64,000 nucleotides of DNA from Bacilli bacterium (GCA_017460175.1 JAFUBO010000006.1:55383-119382); one strand, 5' to 3'; shown: positions 48,532 through 60,941, counted from the stretch's first letter. Notes: a model not told the origin generated them from the letters alone. Program-made: numbers and translations.

Positions 48532-49350
48532 ATGAGAAAAAAAAGCAAAATTACAACTTATATAATTATACTTTTATTATTAATATTATCAGTTATATTC
48601 GCATATATAATAATGCAAGATAGAGAAATAGATGAAAAAGCAACTAAGACTCAACAAGAAATAAGAAAACAAAATAAAAAAGAAATAGAAGAAGAACAAA
48701 CATTAGAATTAGATAGTGATATAGTAAAACAAGCAGAATTATCTGTAGAAAATATTAGTGTACCTAATAAATATCTTAGTTTTAAAGTAGAAGAACTTAA
48801 TAAAAAGAATCTTATTGATACTGCTTTAAATGGATTAGACAATGAACAAATTAATTTTTGTATTGCTAATGCTAATCAAATAACAACAACTATTACAATA
48901 GATGATTTAAATGAAGCTTTAAATAAATCTATAAGTGATCAAAAAATAACAATAGAAGATATAGTTGCTAACAAAGGTGAAACATCATTAAGAGTAGGAA
49001 ATTATGGATATGGAAATTATTCATTTCTAATTAATGGAGAAGAAATAAGTGTTATTGGTGGATGTGATGGAAGAGGTCCTGGTATCCTTGCAGAAACAAT
49101 AGTAGCATCAACAATAAAAGCCACTACACTAAAAGATAAATTATATTTATATAAGAAAGTAGCTTTTGGTAAATATGGAACAGATAATACAGGAATAACT
49201 TATACATATTTTAAAGATGAATTAAGAACAGAAGAAGTAGAAACAATCTCAATAAATAGTCAACCAACATGGGAAAAATACAATACTTATAAATTAATTT
49301 ATGAAAAAAAGAATAATAATTACTACTTAATAAATTCAGAAAAAGAGTAA
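48532..49350 (+). CDS. Membrane-anchored hypothetical protein
   Basis: RBS AGGAGGT; N-terminal TM anchor. Confidence 0.7.
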   Translation: MRKKSKITTYIIILLLLILSVIFAYIIMQDREIDEKATKTQQEIRKQNKKEIEEEQTLELDSDIVKQAELSVENISVPNKYLSFKVEELNKKNLIDTALNGLDNEQINFCIANANQITTTITIDDLNEALNKSISDQKITIEDIVANKGETSLRVGNYGYGNYSFLINGEEISVIGGCDGRGPGILAETIVASTIKATTLKDKLYLYKKVAFGKYGTDNTGITYTYFKDELRTEEVETISINSQPTWEKYNTYKLIYEKKNNNYYLINSEKE

Positions 49351-49449
49351 AAAAATAGATGTAAAAACATCTATTTTTTATTGATATAAAAGAAAAAAAG
49401 TAAAAAAAGTGTTGCATTTATTTATAGATATGATATAATTAAATACGTG

Positions 49450-49530
49450 TGACTGCTTAGATGTGCGAGGTTGTCGATACACCAGGAAGAGTTGCTAATT
49501 GGTTATCGGGTTATTCGCTCGGAGCAAGTC
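49450..49530 (+). promoter_or_regulatory. rpsJ (S10) leader RNA structure
   Basis: GC-rich leader closed by GACTGCT/AGCAAGTC with GAGGTTG..GA.ACACC motif typical of Firmicute S10 leaders; downstream of TTGCAT...TATAAT-like promoter. Confidence 0.6.
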
Positions 49531-49562
49531 TATACTAGATATAGGCGAAGGGAGGATTTAAA

Positions 49563-49874
49563 ATGTCAACAGAAAAAATTCGTATCAGAATTAAAGCTTA
49601 TGATCACAGAATTTTAGATAATGCAGCAAAGAAAATTGTTGAAACTGTTGGTCGTTCTGGAGGAAAAGTATCTGGTCCAGTACCACTACCAACTGAAATT
49701 GAAAAGTTCACAATACTAAGAGCTGTACACAAATATAAAGATTCACGTGAACAATTCGAAATGCGTACACACAAAAGACTTATTGATATCAAAAATCCAA
49801 GCAAGGAGACTATTGATGCATTAGCTCATTTAGACTTACCAAGCGGAGTAGATATCGAAATAAAAACTAAATAA
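49563..49874 (+). CDS. rpsJ: 30S ribosomal protein S10
   Basis: [27 protein letters not shown]. Confidence 0.99.
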   Translation: MSTEKIRIRIKAYDHRILDNAAKKIVETVGRSGGKVSGPVPLPTEIEKFTILRAVHKYKDSREQFEMRTHKRLIDIKNPSKETIDALAHLDLPSGVDIEIKTK

Positions 49875-49892
49875 TAATGGAGGAAAAATCAA

Positions 49893-50678
49893 ATGAAAGG
49901 AATCTTAGGTAAAAAGATCGGAATGACTCAAGTATTTACCAAAGAAGGTAAATTAATTCCGGTAACTGTTATTGAAGTAGAACCAAATGTGGTTACACAA
50001 ATCAAAACAGTAGAAAAAGATGGTTATGATGCTATTCAACTTGCTACTGAAACTATAAGAGAAAGTTTAAGTAACAAACCAGCAATGGGTCATACAAAGA
50101 AAGCTAACACAACACCTAAGCGCTTCTTAAGAGAAATTAGAGGAGTTAATGTTAATGATTACACTTTAGGTCAAACTATTGGTGTAGACATTTTCGAAGC
50201 AGGGGAAATTGTTGATGTTACAGGAACTTCTAAAGGTAAAGGGTTCCAAGGTGTTATTAAAAGACACAATCAATCAACTGGTCCTATGGGACATGGTTCA
50301 CAATACCATAGAGGAGTTGGTTCTTTAGGTACAATGTTACCAATGCACGTACTTAAAGGAAAGAAAATGCCTGGTCAAATGGGTAATGTTCAAAGAACAG
50401 TTCAAAATCTTGAAATTGTATCAGTAGATACAGAAAATAGTGTAATTTTAGTTAAAGGTAATGTTCCTGGTCCAAAGAAATCATTAGTTATGATTCGTAC
50501 TGCAGTTAAAAATCCTGAAGGAAAAAATGAAGCTGCTGACTTAGTATCTTATGTTGAAGTAGTTGAAACTCCAATAGAAGAAGTAAATGAAGTAGCAGAA
50601 GAAGTAGCTGTAGAAGAAACACCAGTTGAAGAAGTAACTGAAGAAGTTACTGAAGAACAAACTACAACTGAAGAATAA
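49893..50678 (+). CDS. rplC: 50S ribosomal protein L3 (acidic C-terminal extension)
   Basis: [16 protein letters not shown]. Confidence 0.99.
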   Translation: MKGILGKKIGMTQVFTKEGKLIPVTVIEVEPNVVTQIKTVEKDGYDAIQLATETIRESLSNKPAMGHTKKANTTPKRFLREIRGVNVNDYTLGQTIGVDIFEAGEIVDVTGTSKGKGFQGVIKRHNQSTGPMGHGSQYHRGVGSLGTMLPMHVLKGKKMPGQMGNVQRTVQNLEIVSVDTENSVILVKGNVPGPKKSLVMIRTAVKNPEGKNEAADLVSYVEVVETPIEEVNEVAEEVAVEETPVEEVTEEVTEEQTTTEE

Positions 50679-50732
50679 TCATCACAATTAAATGAAAACA
50701 ATTTATATAAGTGATGAAAGGAGGAATCGTAG

Positions 50733-51359
50733 ATGAAAAAAGTAGAACTTTTAAATCTTAAAGGTGAAAAAGTAAAGGACATTAACTTAAATGAAGAAAT
50801 ATTTGGAATTACACCAAACAATAATGTTTTAAACGATGCAATTATTTTAACAATGGCATCATTAAGACAAGGAACACATAAAACTAAAAACCGTTCAGAA
50901 GTTTCTGGTGGAGGAAGAAAACCATGGAGACAAAAAGGAACTGGACGTGCACGTCAAGGTTCAATTAGAGCTGTACAATGGGTAGGTGGAGGAAGATATG
51001 GAACTCCAGTACCAAGAGATTATTCTAAAAAACAAAATAGAAAAGAAAGACAAATAGCTATTAAATCAGCATTAAGTGAAAAAGTTAATGCTAAAGAATT
51101 AATAGTAATTGATAAATTAAGTGTTAAAACACCAAAGACTAAAGAAATTATAAGTGTTTTAGAAACATTAAAAGTAGCTGATAAGAAAGTATTATTAGTA
51201 GTGAAAGAATTTGATGATAACTTAATTTTAGCATCAAGAAACTTACAAAACGTAGTATTAATCTTAGCAGATGAAATTAATGTATTAGATGTTGTAGGAA
51301 CTGATGTAATGGTAATTACAGAAGATGCCTTAAAATACGTTGAGGAGGTGCTTAAATAA
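50733..51359 (+). CDS. rplD: 50S ribosomal protein L4
   Basis: [15 protein letters not shown]. Confidence 0.99.
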   Translation: MKKVELLNLKGEKVKDINLNEEIFGITPNNNVLNDAIILTMASLRQGTHKTKNRSEVSGGGRKPWRQKGTGRARQGSIRAVQWVGGGRYGTPVPRDYSKKQNRKERQIAIKSALSEKVNAKELIVIDKLSVKTPKTKEIISVLETLKVADKKVLLVVKEFDDNLILASRNLQNVVLILADEINVLDVVGTDVMVITEDALKYVEEVLK

Positions 51360-51643
51360 TGAAAGATACTAAATACTTAGAAATAATTAAAGCACCAGTT
51401 ATTACTGAAAAAAGTGAGATTGCTAGAGAAAATGGAAAATATACTTTTAAAGTAGATAGCAAAGCAAATAAAATTGAAATTAAAGAAGCAATCGAAAAAA
51501 TATTTAATGTTAAAGTTACTGCAATCAGAACTTTAAACGTTAAACCAAAGAAAAGAAGAGTTGGTCGTTATACTGGATTAACTAATCGTACAAAGAAAGC
51601 AATTGTTACCTTAGCTGAAGGACAAACAATTGATCTTGGTTAG
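51359..51643 (+). CDS. rplW: 50S ribosomal protein L23
   Basis: PVITEKS, KKAIVTL; operon order. Confidence 0.98.
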   Translation: MKDTKYLEIIKAPVITEKSEIARENGKYTFKVDSKANKIEIKEAIEKIFNVKVTAIRTLNVKPKKRRVGRYTGLTNRTKKAIVTLAEGQTIDLG

Positions 51644-51659
51644 AAGGAGGAAATAAGTT

Positions 51660-52490
51660 ATGGCAATTATAAATTACAAACCTACTACACCAGGACGTAG
51701 AAAAATGAGTGCATTAGTAAATGAAGAAATAACTACTAGCACTCCAGAAAAATCATTAACAATCACTATTAAGAAAAATGGTGGTCGTAATAATCAAGGT
51801 AAGATAACAGTTCGTCATCATGGTGGTGGAGAAAAAAGAAAATATCGTATCATTGATTTCAAAAGAAATAAATTTAACGTTCCTGGAAAAGTAGCAAGTA
51901 TCGAATACGATCCAAACAGAACAGCTAATATTGCATTAGTAAATTATGTTGATGGAGAAAAAAGATACATTATTGCTCCAAAAGGTTTAGTTGTTGGTCA
52001 AACAATTGAAGCTGGAGAAAACGTTGATATTAAAGTTGGTAATGCATTACCAATAATGAATATACCAGTAGGTACAATGATTCATAATATTGAATTACGT
52101 CCTGGAAAAGGTGGAGAACTTGCAAGAAGCGCTGGTTCATCTGCTCAAATATTAGGTCGTGAAGATAATTATGTAATGATTCGTTTATCAAGCGGTGAAC
52201 AAAGAAAAGTATTAGGAACATGTATGGCAACAGTAGGAGTTGTTGGAAACGAAGACTCTTCACTTGTTAAAGTAGGTAAAGCTGGTCGTACTCGTCATAT
52301 GGGAATTAGACCTACAGTTCGTGGTTCTGTAATGAATCCAAATGACCATCCACATGGTGGTGGTGAAGGACGTGCTCCAGTAGGACGTAAAGCACCAATG
52401 ACACCTTGGGGTAAACCTGCACTTGGATTAAAGACACGTAAGAAAAAACATTCTGACAAGTTCATAGTACGTCGTCGTAATAGTAAATAG
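51660..52490 (+). CDS. rplB: 50S ribosomal protein L2
   Basis: [19 protein letters not shown]. Confidence 0.99.
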   Translation: MAIINYKPTTPGRRKMSALVNEEITTSTPEKSLTITIKKNGGRNNQGKITVRHHGGGEKRKYRIIDFKRNKFNVPGKVASIEYDPNRTANIALVNYVDGEKRYIIAPKGLVVGQTIEAGENVDIKVGNALPIMNIPVGTMIHNIELRPGKGGELARSAGSSAQILGREDNYVMIRLSSGEQRKVLGTCMATVGVVGNEDSSLVKVGKAGRTRHMGIRPTVRGSVMNPNDHPHGGGEGRAPVGRKAPMTPWGKPALGLKTRKKKHSDKFIVRRRNSK

Positions 52491-52510
52491 GAAAGGATGA
52501 TTAAAAGAAT

Positions 52511-52780
52511 ATGGCAAGAAGTTTAAAAAAAGGACCTTATGTATTCGATAGATTATTAAAAAAGGTTCAAGAATTAAATAAATCTGGAAAAAAAGAAGTC
52601 ATTAAAACTTGGTCACGCCGTTCCACTATTTTCCCTGATTTTATAGGACATACATTTGCAGTACACAATGGAAAAGAATTTATTCCAGTTTATGTTACTG
52701 AAGATATGGTAGGACATAAATTAGGTGAATTTGCATTAACACGTAAATTTGGTGGACATGGTTCAGAGAAAAAGAAATAG
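52511..52780 (+). CDS. rpsS: 30S ribosomal protein S19
   Basis: [16 protein letters not shown]. Confidence 0.99.
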   Translation: MARSLKKGPYVFDRLLKKVQELNKSGKKEVIKTWSRRSTIFPDFIGHTFAVHNGKEFIPVYVTEDMVGHKLGEFALTRKFGGHGSEKKK

Positions 52781-52804
52781 AAATAATGACTAGGAGGAGA
52801 AAGT

Positions 52805-53140
52805 ATGGAAGCAAAAGCAATTGCTAAAGGTTTAAGAATATCTCCAATCAGAGCTAGATTAGTTTCTGATATGATAAGAGGTAAAAAATGTAGTGATGCA
52901 TTAACAATCTTAAACAATGTTAATAATAAGTCTGCAAGACTTACTAAAAAAGTATTAGATTCTGCTATTGCTAATGCTGTTAATAATAATGGTGCAGATG
53001 CTGCAACATTATATGTTAAAGAAGCAAGAGTAGATGCTGGTCCTGTTATGAAACGTCACTTTTTCGACTCACGTTCACATATAGGACATAGAAATCATAG
53101 AACTAGTCACATTATTATAGTAGTGGCTACAAAAAACTAA
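52805..53140 (+). CDS. rplV: 50S ribosomal protein L22
   Basis: RISP..ARLV, SAIANA, RTSHI. Confidence 0.98.
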   Translation: MEAKAIAKGLRISPIRARLVSDMIRGKKCSDALTILNNVNNKSARLTKKVLDSAIANAVNNNGADAATLYVKEARVDAGPVMKRHFFDSRSHIGHRNHRTSHIIIVVATKN

Positions 53141-53156
53141 TAAGGAGGTTACAGAA

Positions 53157-53849
53157 ATGGGACAAAAGGTAAATCCTAATGGACTAAGACTTGGTATCAA
53201 TAAAGACTGGGAAGCAAAATGGATTAGTGGTAAAAAAGATTTTGCTAAATACTTAGATAAAGATGTTAAAATTCGTAACTATTTAGATAAAAACTTAAAA
53301 AACGCTGGTATTGCTAAAGTTGAAATCGAAAGAAATACTAAGAAAACAGAAGTAGTTATTCATACTTCAAAACCAGGTGTTATGATTGGACATGGTGGAG
53401 AAGAAATAGAAAAATTAAAATCTGCTCTTTCTAAAATCGTAGATGAAAATGTACAAATTTCAATCGTTGATATTAAGAAAGCTGATTTAAATGCTAAATT
53501 AGTTGCTGATTCAATCGCAAATCAAATTACTAATAGAGCATCATTCCGTATGGCTCAAAAACGTGCAATCAGAAATGCAATGAAAGCTGGAGCTAAAGGA
53601 ATTAAAACAAGTGTATCTGGACGTTTAGGTGGAGCTGATATGGCTCGTAGTGAAGGATATACTGAAGGAACTATACCTCTACACACATTAAGAGCTGATG
53701 TTGATTATGCTACAGCTGAAGCTGATACAACATTTGGTAAAATTGGTGTAAAAGTATGGATCTATAAAGGAGAAATTCTTAACAAAAAGAATAAAAACAA
53801 CGAAGTAAAAGAAACAAAAAAAGAAAATAAGGCTAAAGGAGGTAATTAA
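53157..53849 (+). CDS. rpsC: 30S ribosomal protein S3
   Basis: [22 protein letters not shown]. Confidence 0.99.
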   Translation: MGQKVNPNGLRLGINKDWEAKWISGKKDFAKYLDKDVKIRNYLDKNLKNAGIAKVEIERNTKKTEVVIHTSKPGVMIGHGGEEIEKLKSALSKIVDENVQISIVDIKKADLNAKLVADSIANQITNRASFRMAQKRAIRNAMKAGAKGIKTSVSGRLGGADMARSEGYTEGTIPLHTLRADVDYATAEADTTFGKIGVKVWIYKGEILNKKNKNNEVKETKKENKAKGGN

Positions 53850-53851
53850 TT

Positions 53852-54283
53852 ATGTTAATACCGTCAAGAACTAAATATCGTCGTGTACATAGATTACCTT
53901 ACGAAGGTCGTTCACGTGGAAATAGAGAACTAAGTTTTGGTGAATATGGACTTCAAGCTAAAGAAGGTGCTTGGATTACAGCTAACCAAATAGAAGCTGC
54001 ACGTATTGCTATGACTCGTTACATGAAACGTGGAGGAAAAGTTTGGATAAATATATTCCCTCACATGCCATTAACTAAAAAACCTATCGGTACAAGACAA
54101 GGTAAAGGTAAAGGTAATGTTGAAGGATGGGTTGCAGTAGTTAAAGAAGGAAAAATAATGTTTGAAATTGCTGGCGTTGATGAAGCAACAGCAAGAGAAG
54201 CATTAAGACTAGCTTCACACAAACTACCAGTAGCAACTAAATTTGTAATGAAAGAAAATGGTGGTGAGTCAAATGAAGGTTAA
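53852..54283 (+). CDS. rplP: 50S ribosomal protein L16
   Basis: [20 protein letters not shown]. Confidence 0.99.
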   Translation: MLIPSRTKYRRVHRLPYEGRSRGNRELSFGEYGLQAKEGAWITANQIEAARIAMTRYMKRGGKVWINIFPHMPLTKKPIGTRQGKGKGNVEGWVAVVKEGKIMFEIAGVDEATAREALRLASHKLPVATKFVMKENGGESNEG

Positions 54284-54467
54284 AGAAATTAGAGAATTAT
54301 CAACTGAAGAAATCAACAAGAAATTAGTTGAAACAAAAGAAGAATTATTCAACTTACGTTTCCAACAAGCAACTGGTACATTAGAAAAACCTTCTAGAAT
54401 TAGAGATTTAAGACACACTGTTGCTAGAATGAAAACCGTTCTAAAAGAACGTGAAAGTGCAGAGTAG
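54273..54467 (+). CDS. rpmC: 50S ribosomal protein L29
   Basis: [16 protein letters not shown]. Confidence 0.98.
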   Translation: MKVKEIRELSTEEINKKLVETKEELFNLRFQQATGTLEKPSRIRDLRHTVARMKTVLKERESAE

Positions 54468-54477
54468 GAGGTTTATT

Positions 54478-54738
54478 ATGGAAAAGAAATTAAGTAAAGA
54501 ATTAGTTGGTAAAGTAGTAAGCGCTACTAATGATAAAACAATCACTGTCTTAGTTGAAACTTATAAAAACCATCCGTTATATCACAAAAGAGTAAAAAGC
54601 TCTAAGAAATATAGTGTACATGATGAAAAAAATATCGCAAAAGTTGGAGATACTGTTCGTATAGTTGAAACTAGACCATTATCAAAAACTAAACATTTCT
54701 ATTTAAAAGAAATAGTAAAAGAAGCAGTTATTATTTAA
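54478..54738 (+). CDS. rpsQ: 30S ribosomal protein S17
   Basis: [18 protein letters not shown]. Confidence 0.98.
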   Translation: MEKKLSKELVGKVVSATNDKTITVLVETYKNHPLYHKRVKSSKKYSVHDEKNIAKVGDTVRIVETRPLSKTKHFYLKEIVKEAVII

Positions 54739-54773
54739 CGCTTAGATGATTAATTAAGAAGGAGGAATAATCT

Positions 54774-55142
54774 ATGTTACAACAAGAAAGCCGTATGAAG
54801 GTTGCAGACAACTCAGGAGCTCGTGAATTATTAGTAATCAGAGTTCTAGGTGGAAGCAAAGTTAAAACAGGTAACATTGGTGATGTAGTAGTAGGAACTG
54901 TTAAAAGTGCTATCCCTAACTCACCAATTCCAAAAGGAAAAGTTGTAAAAGCAGTTATCGTTCGTAGTCGTCAAGGCGTTCGTCGTGAAGATGGAAGTTA
55001 TATTAAGTTCGATGACAATGCTTGTGTTATCATTCGTGATGACAAGAGTCCAGTAGGAACTCGTATTTTTGGACCAGTAGCAAGAGAACTTCGTGATAAA
55101 GATTACATGAAAATCGTATCTTTAGCAAAAGAAGTACTATAA
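54774..55142 (+). CDS. rplN: 50S ribosomal protein L14
   Basis: [19 protein letters not shown]. Confidence 0.99.
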   Translation: MLQQESRMKVADNSGARELLVIRVLGGSKVKTGNIGDVVVGTVKSAIPNSPIPKGKVVKAVIVRSRQGVRREDGSYIKFDDNACVIIRDDKSPVGTRIFGPVARELRDKDYMKIVSLAKEVL

Positions 55143-55156
55143 GAGGAGGATAATTT

Positions 55157-55468
55157 ATGAACTTTAAAGTAGGAGATGAAGTTGTAGTTATCACTGGTTC
55201 TGATAAAGGTAAAAAAGGAAAAATAATTAAAACATTAAAGGCAGAAAATAAAGTTATAGTTGAAGGTGTACATGTTGTTAAAAAACATCAAAAACCAACA
55301 GGACAAGAAACTGGTGGAATAATCGAAAGAGAAGCACCAATTCATGCTTCAAATGTTATGATTGTAGATCCTAAAACTAAGAAAAGAACTAGAATAGGAC
55401 ATACAACTGATACAAAAACAAATAAAAAAATTAGAATAACAAAAAAATCAAACGAGAAGATTGATTAA
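55157..55468 (+). CDS. rplX: 50S ribosomal protein L24
   Basis: [25 protein letters not shown]. Confidence 0.98.
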   Translation: MNFKVGDEVVVITGSDKGKKGKIIKTLKAENKVIVEGVHVVKKHQKPTGQETGGIIEREAPIHASNVMIVDPKTKKRTRIGHTTDTKTNKKIRITKKSNEKID

Positions 55469-55485
55469 TTGGAAGGAGGGTATTT

Positions 55486-56025
55486 ATGAACCGCCTAAAA
55501 GAGAAATACTTAAAAGAAGTAGTTCCAAGTTTACAAGAAAAATATAATTATAAGTCAAAAATGGAAATTCCAAAATTAGAAAAAATCGTAATTAATATGG
55601 GTGTTGGTGATGCAACTACTAACTCTAAGTTATTAGATGCTGCAATTGCTGATCTTACTAAGATTGCAGGACAAAAACCAGTAATTACAAGAGCAAAAAA
55701 ATCAATCGCAGGATTCAAAGTAAGAGAAGGTCAAGCAATTGGTTGTAAAGTTACTCTAAGAGGAGAAAATATGTATAACTTTATGGATAAGTTAATCACA
55801 ATTGCTCTTCCAGGAGTTAGAGATTTCAGAGGAGTAAGTAATAAAGCTTTCGATGGTAGAGGAAACTATACTATGGGAATTAAAGAACAATTAATATTCC
55901 AAGAAATCGATTATGATGATGTTGTTAAAGTAAGAGGTATGGATATTATCTTTGTTACAACAGCAAAATCTAATGAAGAATCATATGACTTATTAAATGG
56001 ACTAGGAATTCCTTTTAGAAAGTAA
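55486..56025 (+). CDS. rplE: 50S ribosomal protein L5
   Basis: [16 protein letters not shown]. Confidence 0.99.
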   Translation: MNRLKEKYLKEVVPSLQEKYNYKSKMEIPKLEKIVINMGVGDATTNSKLLDAAIADLTKIAGQKPVITRAKKSIAGFKVREGQAIGCKVTLRGENMYNFMDKLITIALPGVRDFRGVSNKAFDGRGNYTMGIKEQLIFQEIDYDDVVKVRGMDIIFVTTAKSNEESYDLLNGLGIPFRK

Positions 56026-56041
56026 TGATGGAGGAAAAATT

Positions 56042-56227
56042 ATGGCAAAGAAAAGTATGATAGTAAAGGCTAATAGACCACAAAAATACAAAGTACGTGA
56101 ATATACAAGATGTTCTCGTTGCGGTCGTCCACACGCAGTTATGAGTAAATTCGGAATCTGCCGTATTTGCTTCCGTGAATTAGCTTATAAAGGACAAATA
56201 CCAGGGGTTAAAAAATCAAGTTGGTAA
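56042..56227 (+). CDS. rpsZ: 30S ribosomal protein S14, zinc-binding type Z
   Basis: RCSRCGRP...ICRICFR; 61 aa. Confidence 0.97.
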   Translation: MAKKSMIVKANRPQKYKVREYTRCSRCGRPHAVMSKFGICRICFRELAYKGQIPGVKKSSW

Positions 56228-56248
56228 TTTGGAAAGGAGGAAATTTAA

Positions 56249-56650
56249 ATGGCAGTAGTAACAGATACAATTGCAGATATGTTAACAAGAATTCGTAATG
56301 CTAATCAAATGCGTTATGAAGAAGTACAAGTCCCTGCTTCTAACATAAAAAAAGAAATCGCTAAGATTTTAAAAGAAGAAGGATTTATTAAAGATTATAA
56401 AATTGAAGACAATGATGCTCAAGGAACTATTATCTTAACTTTAAAATATACAGATAAGAAAGAAAGAGTTATCACTGGATTAAAAAGAATTTCCAAACCA
56501 GGTTTAAGAGTTTATGCTAAAAATGATGAAATTCCAAAAGTTCTTAATGGATTAGGAATCGCAATCATTTCTACATCAAAAGGAATTATGACAGATAAAC
56601 AAGCTCGTAAAGAAAATATAGGTGGAGAAGTTCTAGCTTATATATGGTAA
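56249..56650 (+). CDS. rpsH: 30S ribosomal protein S8
   Basis: [18 protein letters not shown]. Confidence 0.99.
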   Translation: MAVVTDTIADMLTRIRNANQMRYEEVQVPASNIKKEIAKILKEEGFIKDYKIEDNDAQGTIILTLKYTDKKERVITGLKRISKPGLRVYAKNDEIPKVLNGLGIAIISTSKGIMTDKQARKENIGGEVLAYIW

Positions 56651-56716
56651 TAAGACAAAGATAATTTGAAACCCGTGAAACACGGTAAATATAAAATGAG
56701 ATATAGGAGGTGTCGT

Positions 56717-57247
56717 ATGAGCCGTATAGGAAATAGAATTATTACAGTTCCAGCTGGAGTTACAGTTGAAGAAACTGATGGTATTGTTACTGTTAAAGGA
56801 CCTAAAGGTGAACTTAAACAACCAATGCTAAAAGGTATTTCAATGAAACTTGAAGGAACAGAAATAACATTAGAACGTGCTAACGAAAATGCTAAAGCAA
56901 TGCATGGAACAATGAATGCCTTAATAAACAACATGATCATTGGTGTAACTAAGGGTTATGAAAAAGGATTAGAAATCATTGGTGTTGGTTATCGTTTCAA
57001 CGTTCAAGGAAAGAAATTAGTAATTAGTGCTGGATATTCACATCCAGTAAATATGGAAATTCCAGAAGGAATTACAGTAGAAGCAAATGGTAATACTGAA
57101 ATCACTGTTAAAGGAATTGACAAAGTATTAGTTGGTGAATTTGCTGCTAACATTAGAAAAGTAAGACAACCTGAACCATACAAAGGTAAAGGAATTCGTT
57201 ACAAAGATGAACATGTTCGTCGTAAAGAAGGAAAGAAAGCTGCTTAA
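56717..57247 (+). CDS. rplF: 50S ribosomal protein L6
   Basis: MSRIG, PEPYKGKGIRY; RBS AGGAGGT before 56717. Confidence 0.98.
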   Translation: MSRIGNRIITVPAGVTVEETDGIVTVKGPKGELKQPMLKGISMKLEGTEITLERANENAKAMHGTMNALINNMIIGVTKGYEKGLEIIGVGYRFNVQGKKLVISAGYSHPVNMEIPEGITVEANGNTEITVKGIDKVLVGEFAANIRKVRQPEPYKGKGIRYKDEHVRRKEGKKAA

Positions 57248-57269
57248 TAGGTAGGAAGGAGAAAAGAAT

Positions 57270-57632
57270 ATGATAAAGAAAGAATCTCGTAATAGTATGC
57301 GTGTTGCTCGTCATGAAAGAATTCGTAAAACTATGATGGGTACAAGTGCAACACCAAGATTATGTGTATTCCGTTCAAATACTGGAATATACGCACAAAT
57401 CATTGATGATGAAAACAAAACTACACTTTGCTCTGCTTCCTCATTAGATAAAGACTTAAAAATTAAAAACGGAAGTAATGTTGAAGCAGCTAAAGTTGTT
57501 GGAAAATCAATAGCTGAAAAAGCAAAGAAAGCAAAAATCACAAAAGTAGTATTTGATAGAGGTGGATACCTATATCATGGACGTGTTAAAGCATTAGCTG
57601 ACGCTGCACGTGAAAATGGATTAGAATTCTAA
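57270..57632 (+). CDS. rplR: 50S ribosomal protein L18
   Basis: [21 protein letters not shown]. Confidence 0.99.
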   Translation: MIKKESRNSMRVARHERIRKTMMGTSATPRLCVFRSNTGIYAQIIDDENKTTLCSASSLDKDLKIKNGSNVEAAKVVGKSIAEKAKKAKITKVVFDRGGYLYHGRVKALADAARENGLEF

Positions 57633-57644
57633 TAGGAGGGTAAT

Positions 57645-58154
57645 ATGCAAAAGAGAACTCAAGAATCTAAAGAGAAGCAATTTGAAGAATTAGTAATTGA
57701 TGTTAAAAGCGTTGTTAAGGTTAACAAAGGTGGACGTCAAAGAAGATATTCTGCAACAGTTGTTATCGGAGATCGTAAAGGTAAAGTTGGATTAGGTATT
57801 GGAAAAGCAAATGAAGTACCTGATGCAATCAAAAAAGCATTACAAGATGCTAATAAAAATATTATCACAATCCCTCTAACAGATGGAAGAACAGTTGCTC
57901 ATGAAGCTATCGGTTATGCTGGAGCTGCAAGAGTTATAATTAAACCAGCTGCTGCAGGTACTGGAGTTATCGCTGGTGGATCTGTTCGTGCTATCTTAGA
58001 ATTAGCAGGAATTCGTGATGTTGTCTCTAAATCACTAGGAGCAAGAACTAAATTAAATATGGCAAGAGCTGCAATGAGTGCATTAAAGTCTATTAAGACT
58101 CCTGAACAAGTTGCTGCACTTCGCGGAAAAACAGTAGAGGAGATATTAGGATAA
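57645..58154 (+). CDS. rpsE: 30S ribosomal protein S5
   Basis: [25 protein letters not shown]. Confidence 0.98.
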   Translation: MQKRTQESKEKQFEELVIDVKSVVKVNKGGRQRRYSATVVIGDRKGKVGLGIGKANEVPDAIKKALQDANKNIITIPLTDGRTVAHEAIGYAGAARVIIKPAAAGTGVIAGGSVRAILELAGIRDVVSKSLGARTKLNMARAAMSALKSIKTPEQVAALRGKTVEEILG

Positions 58155-58597
58155 TGAAGTTAAATGAATTACAAAGAAATATCGGAGCTACACAAGCAAA
58201 GAAAAGAGTTGGCCGTGGTCCAGGTAGTGGTCTTGGTAAAACAAGTGGAAAAGGTCAAAAAGGACAAAAAGCTCGTAGTGGAGCTAGTATAAACCCAGTA
58301 TTTGAAGGTGGACAATTACCTTTATATAGAAGAATACCAAAAAGAGGATTTACTAATGCAAAATTCAAAACAGTTTATGCAACTATCAATGTAAGTGAAT
58401 TAAACAAATTTGAAGATGGAACAGTAGTTACACCAGCATTATTAAAAGATACTGGATTAGTAAAAAAACAATTTGATGGAATTAAAGTATTAGGTAATGG
58501 AGAACTAACTAAAAAGTTAACAATTCAAGCTAATAAATTTTCAAATAGTGCTTTAGAAAAAATTAAAAAGGCAGGAAGTAAAGCAGAGGTGATCTAA
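58154..58597 (+). CDS. rplO: 50S ribosomal protein L15
   Basis: [21 protein letters not shown]. Confidence 0.99.
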   Translation: MKLNELQRNIGATQAKKRVGRGPGSGLGKTSGKGQKGQKARSGASINPVFEGGQLPLYRRIPKRGFTNAKFKTVYATINVSELNKFEDGTVVTPALLKDTGLVKKQFDGIKVLGNGELTKKLTIQANKFSNSALEKIKKAGSKAEVI

Positions 58598-58598
58598 T

Positions 58599-59870
58599 AT
58601 GTTTAAAACTATGAAGGAATTATTTACTTCAGGTAATAAAGATTTACGTCATAGAATCTACTTTACATTAATGTGTCTTACAGTATTCATCTTAGGTATT
58701 TCAATTAGAGTACCTGGAACTGAAGACTTAACTAAAAACTTAGGTTTCCTAGAATTAATTAATACAATCGGTGGTGGAGCACTTAAAAACTTCTCAATCT
58801 TTGCATTAGGAGTTATGCCATACATCACTGCATCAATTATTACTCAGTTATTACAAATGGATATATTTCCATACTTTACTGAGTTAGCTAAACAGGGACA
58901 TACTGGAAGACAAAAGATAAATCAAATAACTAGATATATGGGTATTGCATTCGCATTTATTGAAGGTTATGCATTTGCTTTTGCATTCTTAGGAAAGACT
59001 GGTAACCCAATGCAATATATGTATATAGCAACTGTTTTAACAGCAGGTACTGCATTACTACTATGGATGGGTGACCAAATGACTCAAAAAGGTATTGGAA
59101 ATGGTGTCAGCTTAATAATTATGGCTGGTATCATTGCAACACTTCCACAAATGTTTATTACAGCATTCCAAGGCTTAGTAACATTTACTGGAGCTGCTAA
59201 CGTAATAACTCTAGGAATAGTTAAATTTGTATTATTTGTAATAGTTTATTTCGCAATTGTTATAGGAATGATCTTTGTTCAAGAATCAGAACGAAGAATA
59301 CCAATTCAATATGCAAACAAATCAACTAGCGCTTATGGAAATGCACAAAGTTTTATGCCAATAAAAATAAACTCTGCAGGAGTTATACCAGTTATTTTTG
59401 CATCAAGTTTATTATCAATACCAAATATAATTGCACAAGTAATTAAAAATGATAAATTTACACTTGTTGTTCAAAAATACTTAACATATACAACTCCAGT
59501 AGGATTTATTATATACGTAGTATTAATATTCTTCTTTGCATACTTCTATACATTTATTCAATTAAAACCAGAAGAATTTGCAAAGAATTTACAAGAAAAC
59601 GGAGGATATATTCCAGGAATTAGACCAGGAGAAGAAACTAAACAATATGTTAGTAAGATTCTTACTCGTTTAACTGTTTTAGGTTCAGCATTCCTATCAG
59701 TAATTGCTGGATTACCAATAATATTCTCTAAATTAACAAGCTTACCAACATCAGTATCAATTGGTGGTACAGGATTATTAATCGTTGTTGGTGTAGCACT
59801 AGAAACTTATAAACAATTAGAAGGTAGTATACTAACTAGAAGTTATAAGAGAGGTTATAGTAGAAGATAA
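58599..59870 (+). CDS. secY: Preprotein translocase SecY
   Basis: SIFALGVMPYITASII, GIGNGVS, IPGIRPG. Confidence 0.99.
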   Translation: MFKTMKELFTSGNKDLRHRIYFTLMCLTVFILGISIRVPGTEDLTKNLGFLELINTIGGGALKNFSIFALGVMPYITASIITQLLQMDIFPYFTELAKQGHTGRQKINQITRYMGIAFAFIEGYAFAFAFLGKTGNPMQYMYIATVLTAGTALLLWMGDQMTQKGIGNGVSLIIMAGIIATLPQMFITAFQGLVTFTGAANVITLGIVKFVLFVIVYFAIVIGMIFVQESERRIPIQYANKSTSAYGNAQSFMPIKINSAGVIPVIFASSLLSIPNIIAQVIKNDKFTLVVQKYLTYTTPVGFIIYVVLIFFFAYFYTFIQLKPEEFAKNLQENGGYIPGIRPGEETKQYVSKILTRLTVLGSAFLSVIAGLPIIFSKLTSLPTSVSIGGTGLLIVVGVALETYKQLEGSILTRSYKRGYSRR

Positions 59871-59871
59871 T

Positions 59872-60522
59872 ATGAAAAATATAATGTTTATAGCTCCACC
59901 TGCTGCCGGTAAAGGTACACAAGCAGAGCTAGTTGTAGAAAAGTATCATATACCTCATATATCAACTGGTGATATTTTAAGAGAAATATCTAAAGAAGAT
60001 AGTGAAATAGGTAAGTATGTACAAGAAACACTAGCGAGTGGACAATTAGTGAAAGATGATATTACATATCAATTAATCGAAGACAGATTAAAAAAAGAAG
60101 ATTGTAAAAAAGGCTTTATTATAGATGGATTTCCACGTAATATAGACCAAGCTTATCAATATGATAAAATACTTGATAAATTAGGTTATGAAGTAGGTAA
60201 TGTTATATTAATTAATATAGACAAAAAAACATTGGAAAAAAGAATAACAGGGAGAAGAATTTGTGAGAAGTGTAATTCAATTTATAATATAAATGATGAA
60301 GCATCTTCTCCAAAACAAGAATCTATATGTGATAATTGTGGTGGAAAGTTATATCAAAGAAGTGATGATAATTTAGCTTCTTTTGAAACTAGATATGAAA
60401 CTTACATTGAAAAAACTGAACCAATCATAAAACATTACAAAGATATGAATGTACTTTCTGAAGTAGAAGGAAACGATACAGTAGAAAATATATTTAAATC
60501 TATTGATAAAATAATTAGATAA
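59872..60522 (+). CDS. adk: Adenylate kinase
   Basis: APPAAGKGTQ, STGDILR, DGFPR, zinc LID. Confidence 0.97.
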   Translation: MKNIMFIAPPAAGKGTQAELVVEKYHIPHISTGDILREISKEDSEIGKYVQETLASGQLVKDDITYQLIEDRLKKEDCKKGFIIDGFPRNIDQAYQYDKILDKLGYEVGNVILINIDKKTLEKRITGRRICEKCNSIYNINDEASSPKQESICDNCGGKLYQRSDDNLASFETRYETYIEKTEPIIKHYKDMNVLSEVEGNDTVENIFKSIDKIIR

Positions 60523-60582
60523 GGTATCAAAAGAAGGATAATTCCTTCTTTGGAAGATACATCTTCGAGGAGAGTGAAGAGA

Positions 60583-60798
60583 ATGGCTAAAGAAGATACA
60601 ATCGAGATAGAAGGTAAAGTTCTTGAAATTATTCCAGGCGGAAAGTTTAAGGTTCAACTGGAGAATGGACACATTGTGGAAGCTCACGTTTCTGGTAAAA
60701 TACGAATGAACTATATCCGTATTTTAGCAGGGGATACCGTAATGATAGAACTATCACCTTATGACTTAACACGTGGGCGTATAACCTATCGTAAATAA
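60583..60798 (+). CDS. infA: Translation initiation factor IF-1
   Basis: [21 protein letters not shown]. Confidence 0.98.
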   Translation: MAKEDTIEIEGKVLEIIPGGKFKVQLENGHIVEAHVSGKIRMNYIRILAGDTVMIELSPYDLTRGRITYRK

Positions 60799-60812
60799 TA
60801 GGAGGGAAAAGA

Positions 60813-60926
60813 ATGAAAGTAAAAGCATCAGTTAAACCAATTTGTGAAAAATGCAAAGTGGTAAAACGTAAAGGAAAAATTAGAATTATTTGTGAAAATC
60901 CAAAACACAAACAAGTTCAAGGTTAA
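60813..60926 (+). CDS. rpmJ: 50S ribosomal protein L36
   Basis: Read from sequence: [37 protein letters not shown]. Confidence 0.98.
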   Translation: MKVKASVKPICEKCKVVKRKGKIRIICENPKHKQVQG

Positions 60927-60941
60927 TAGGAGGTGTATTAA

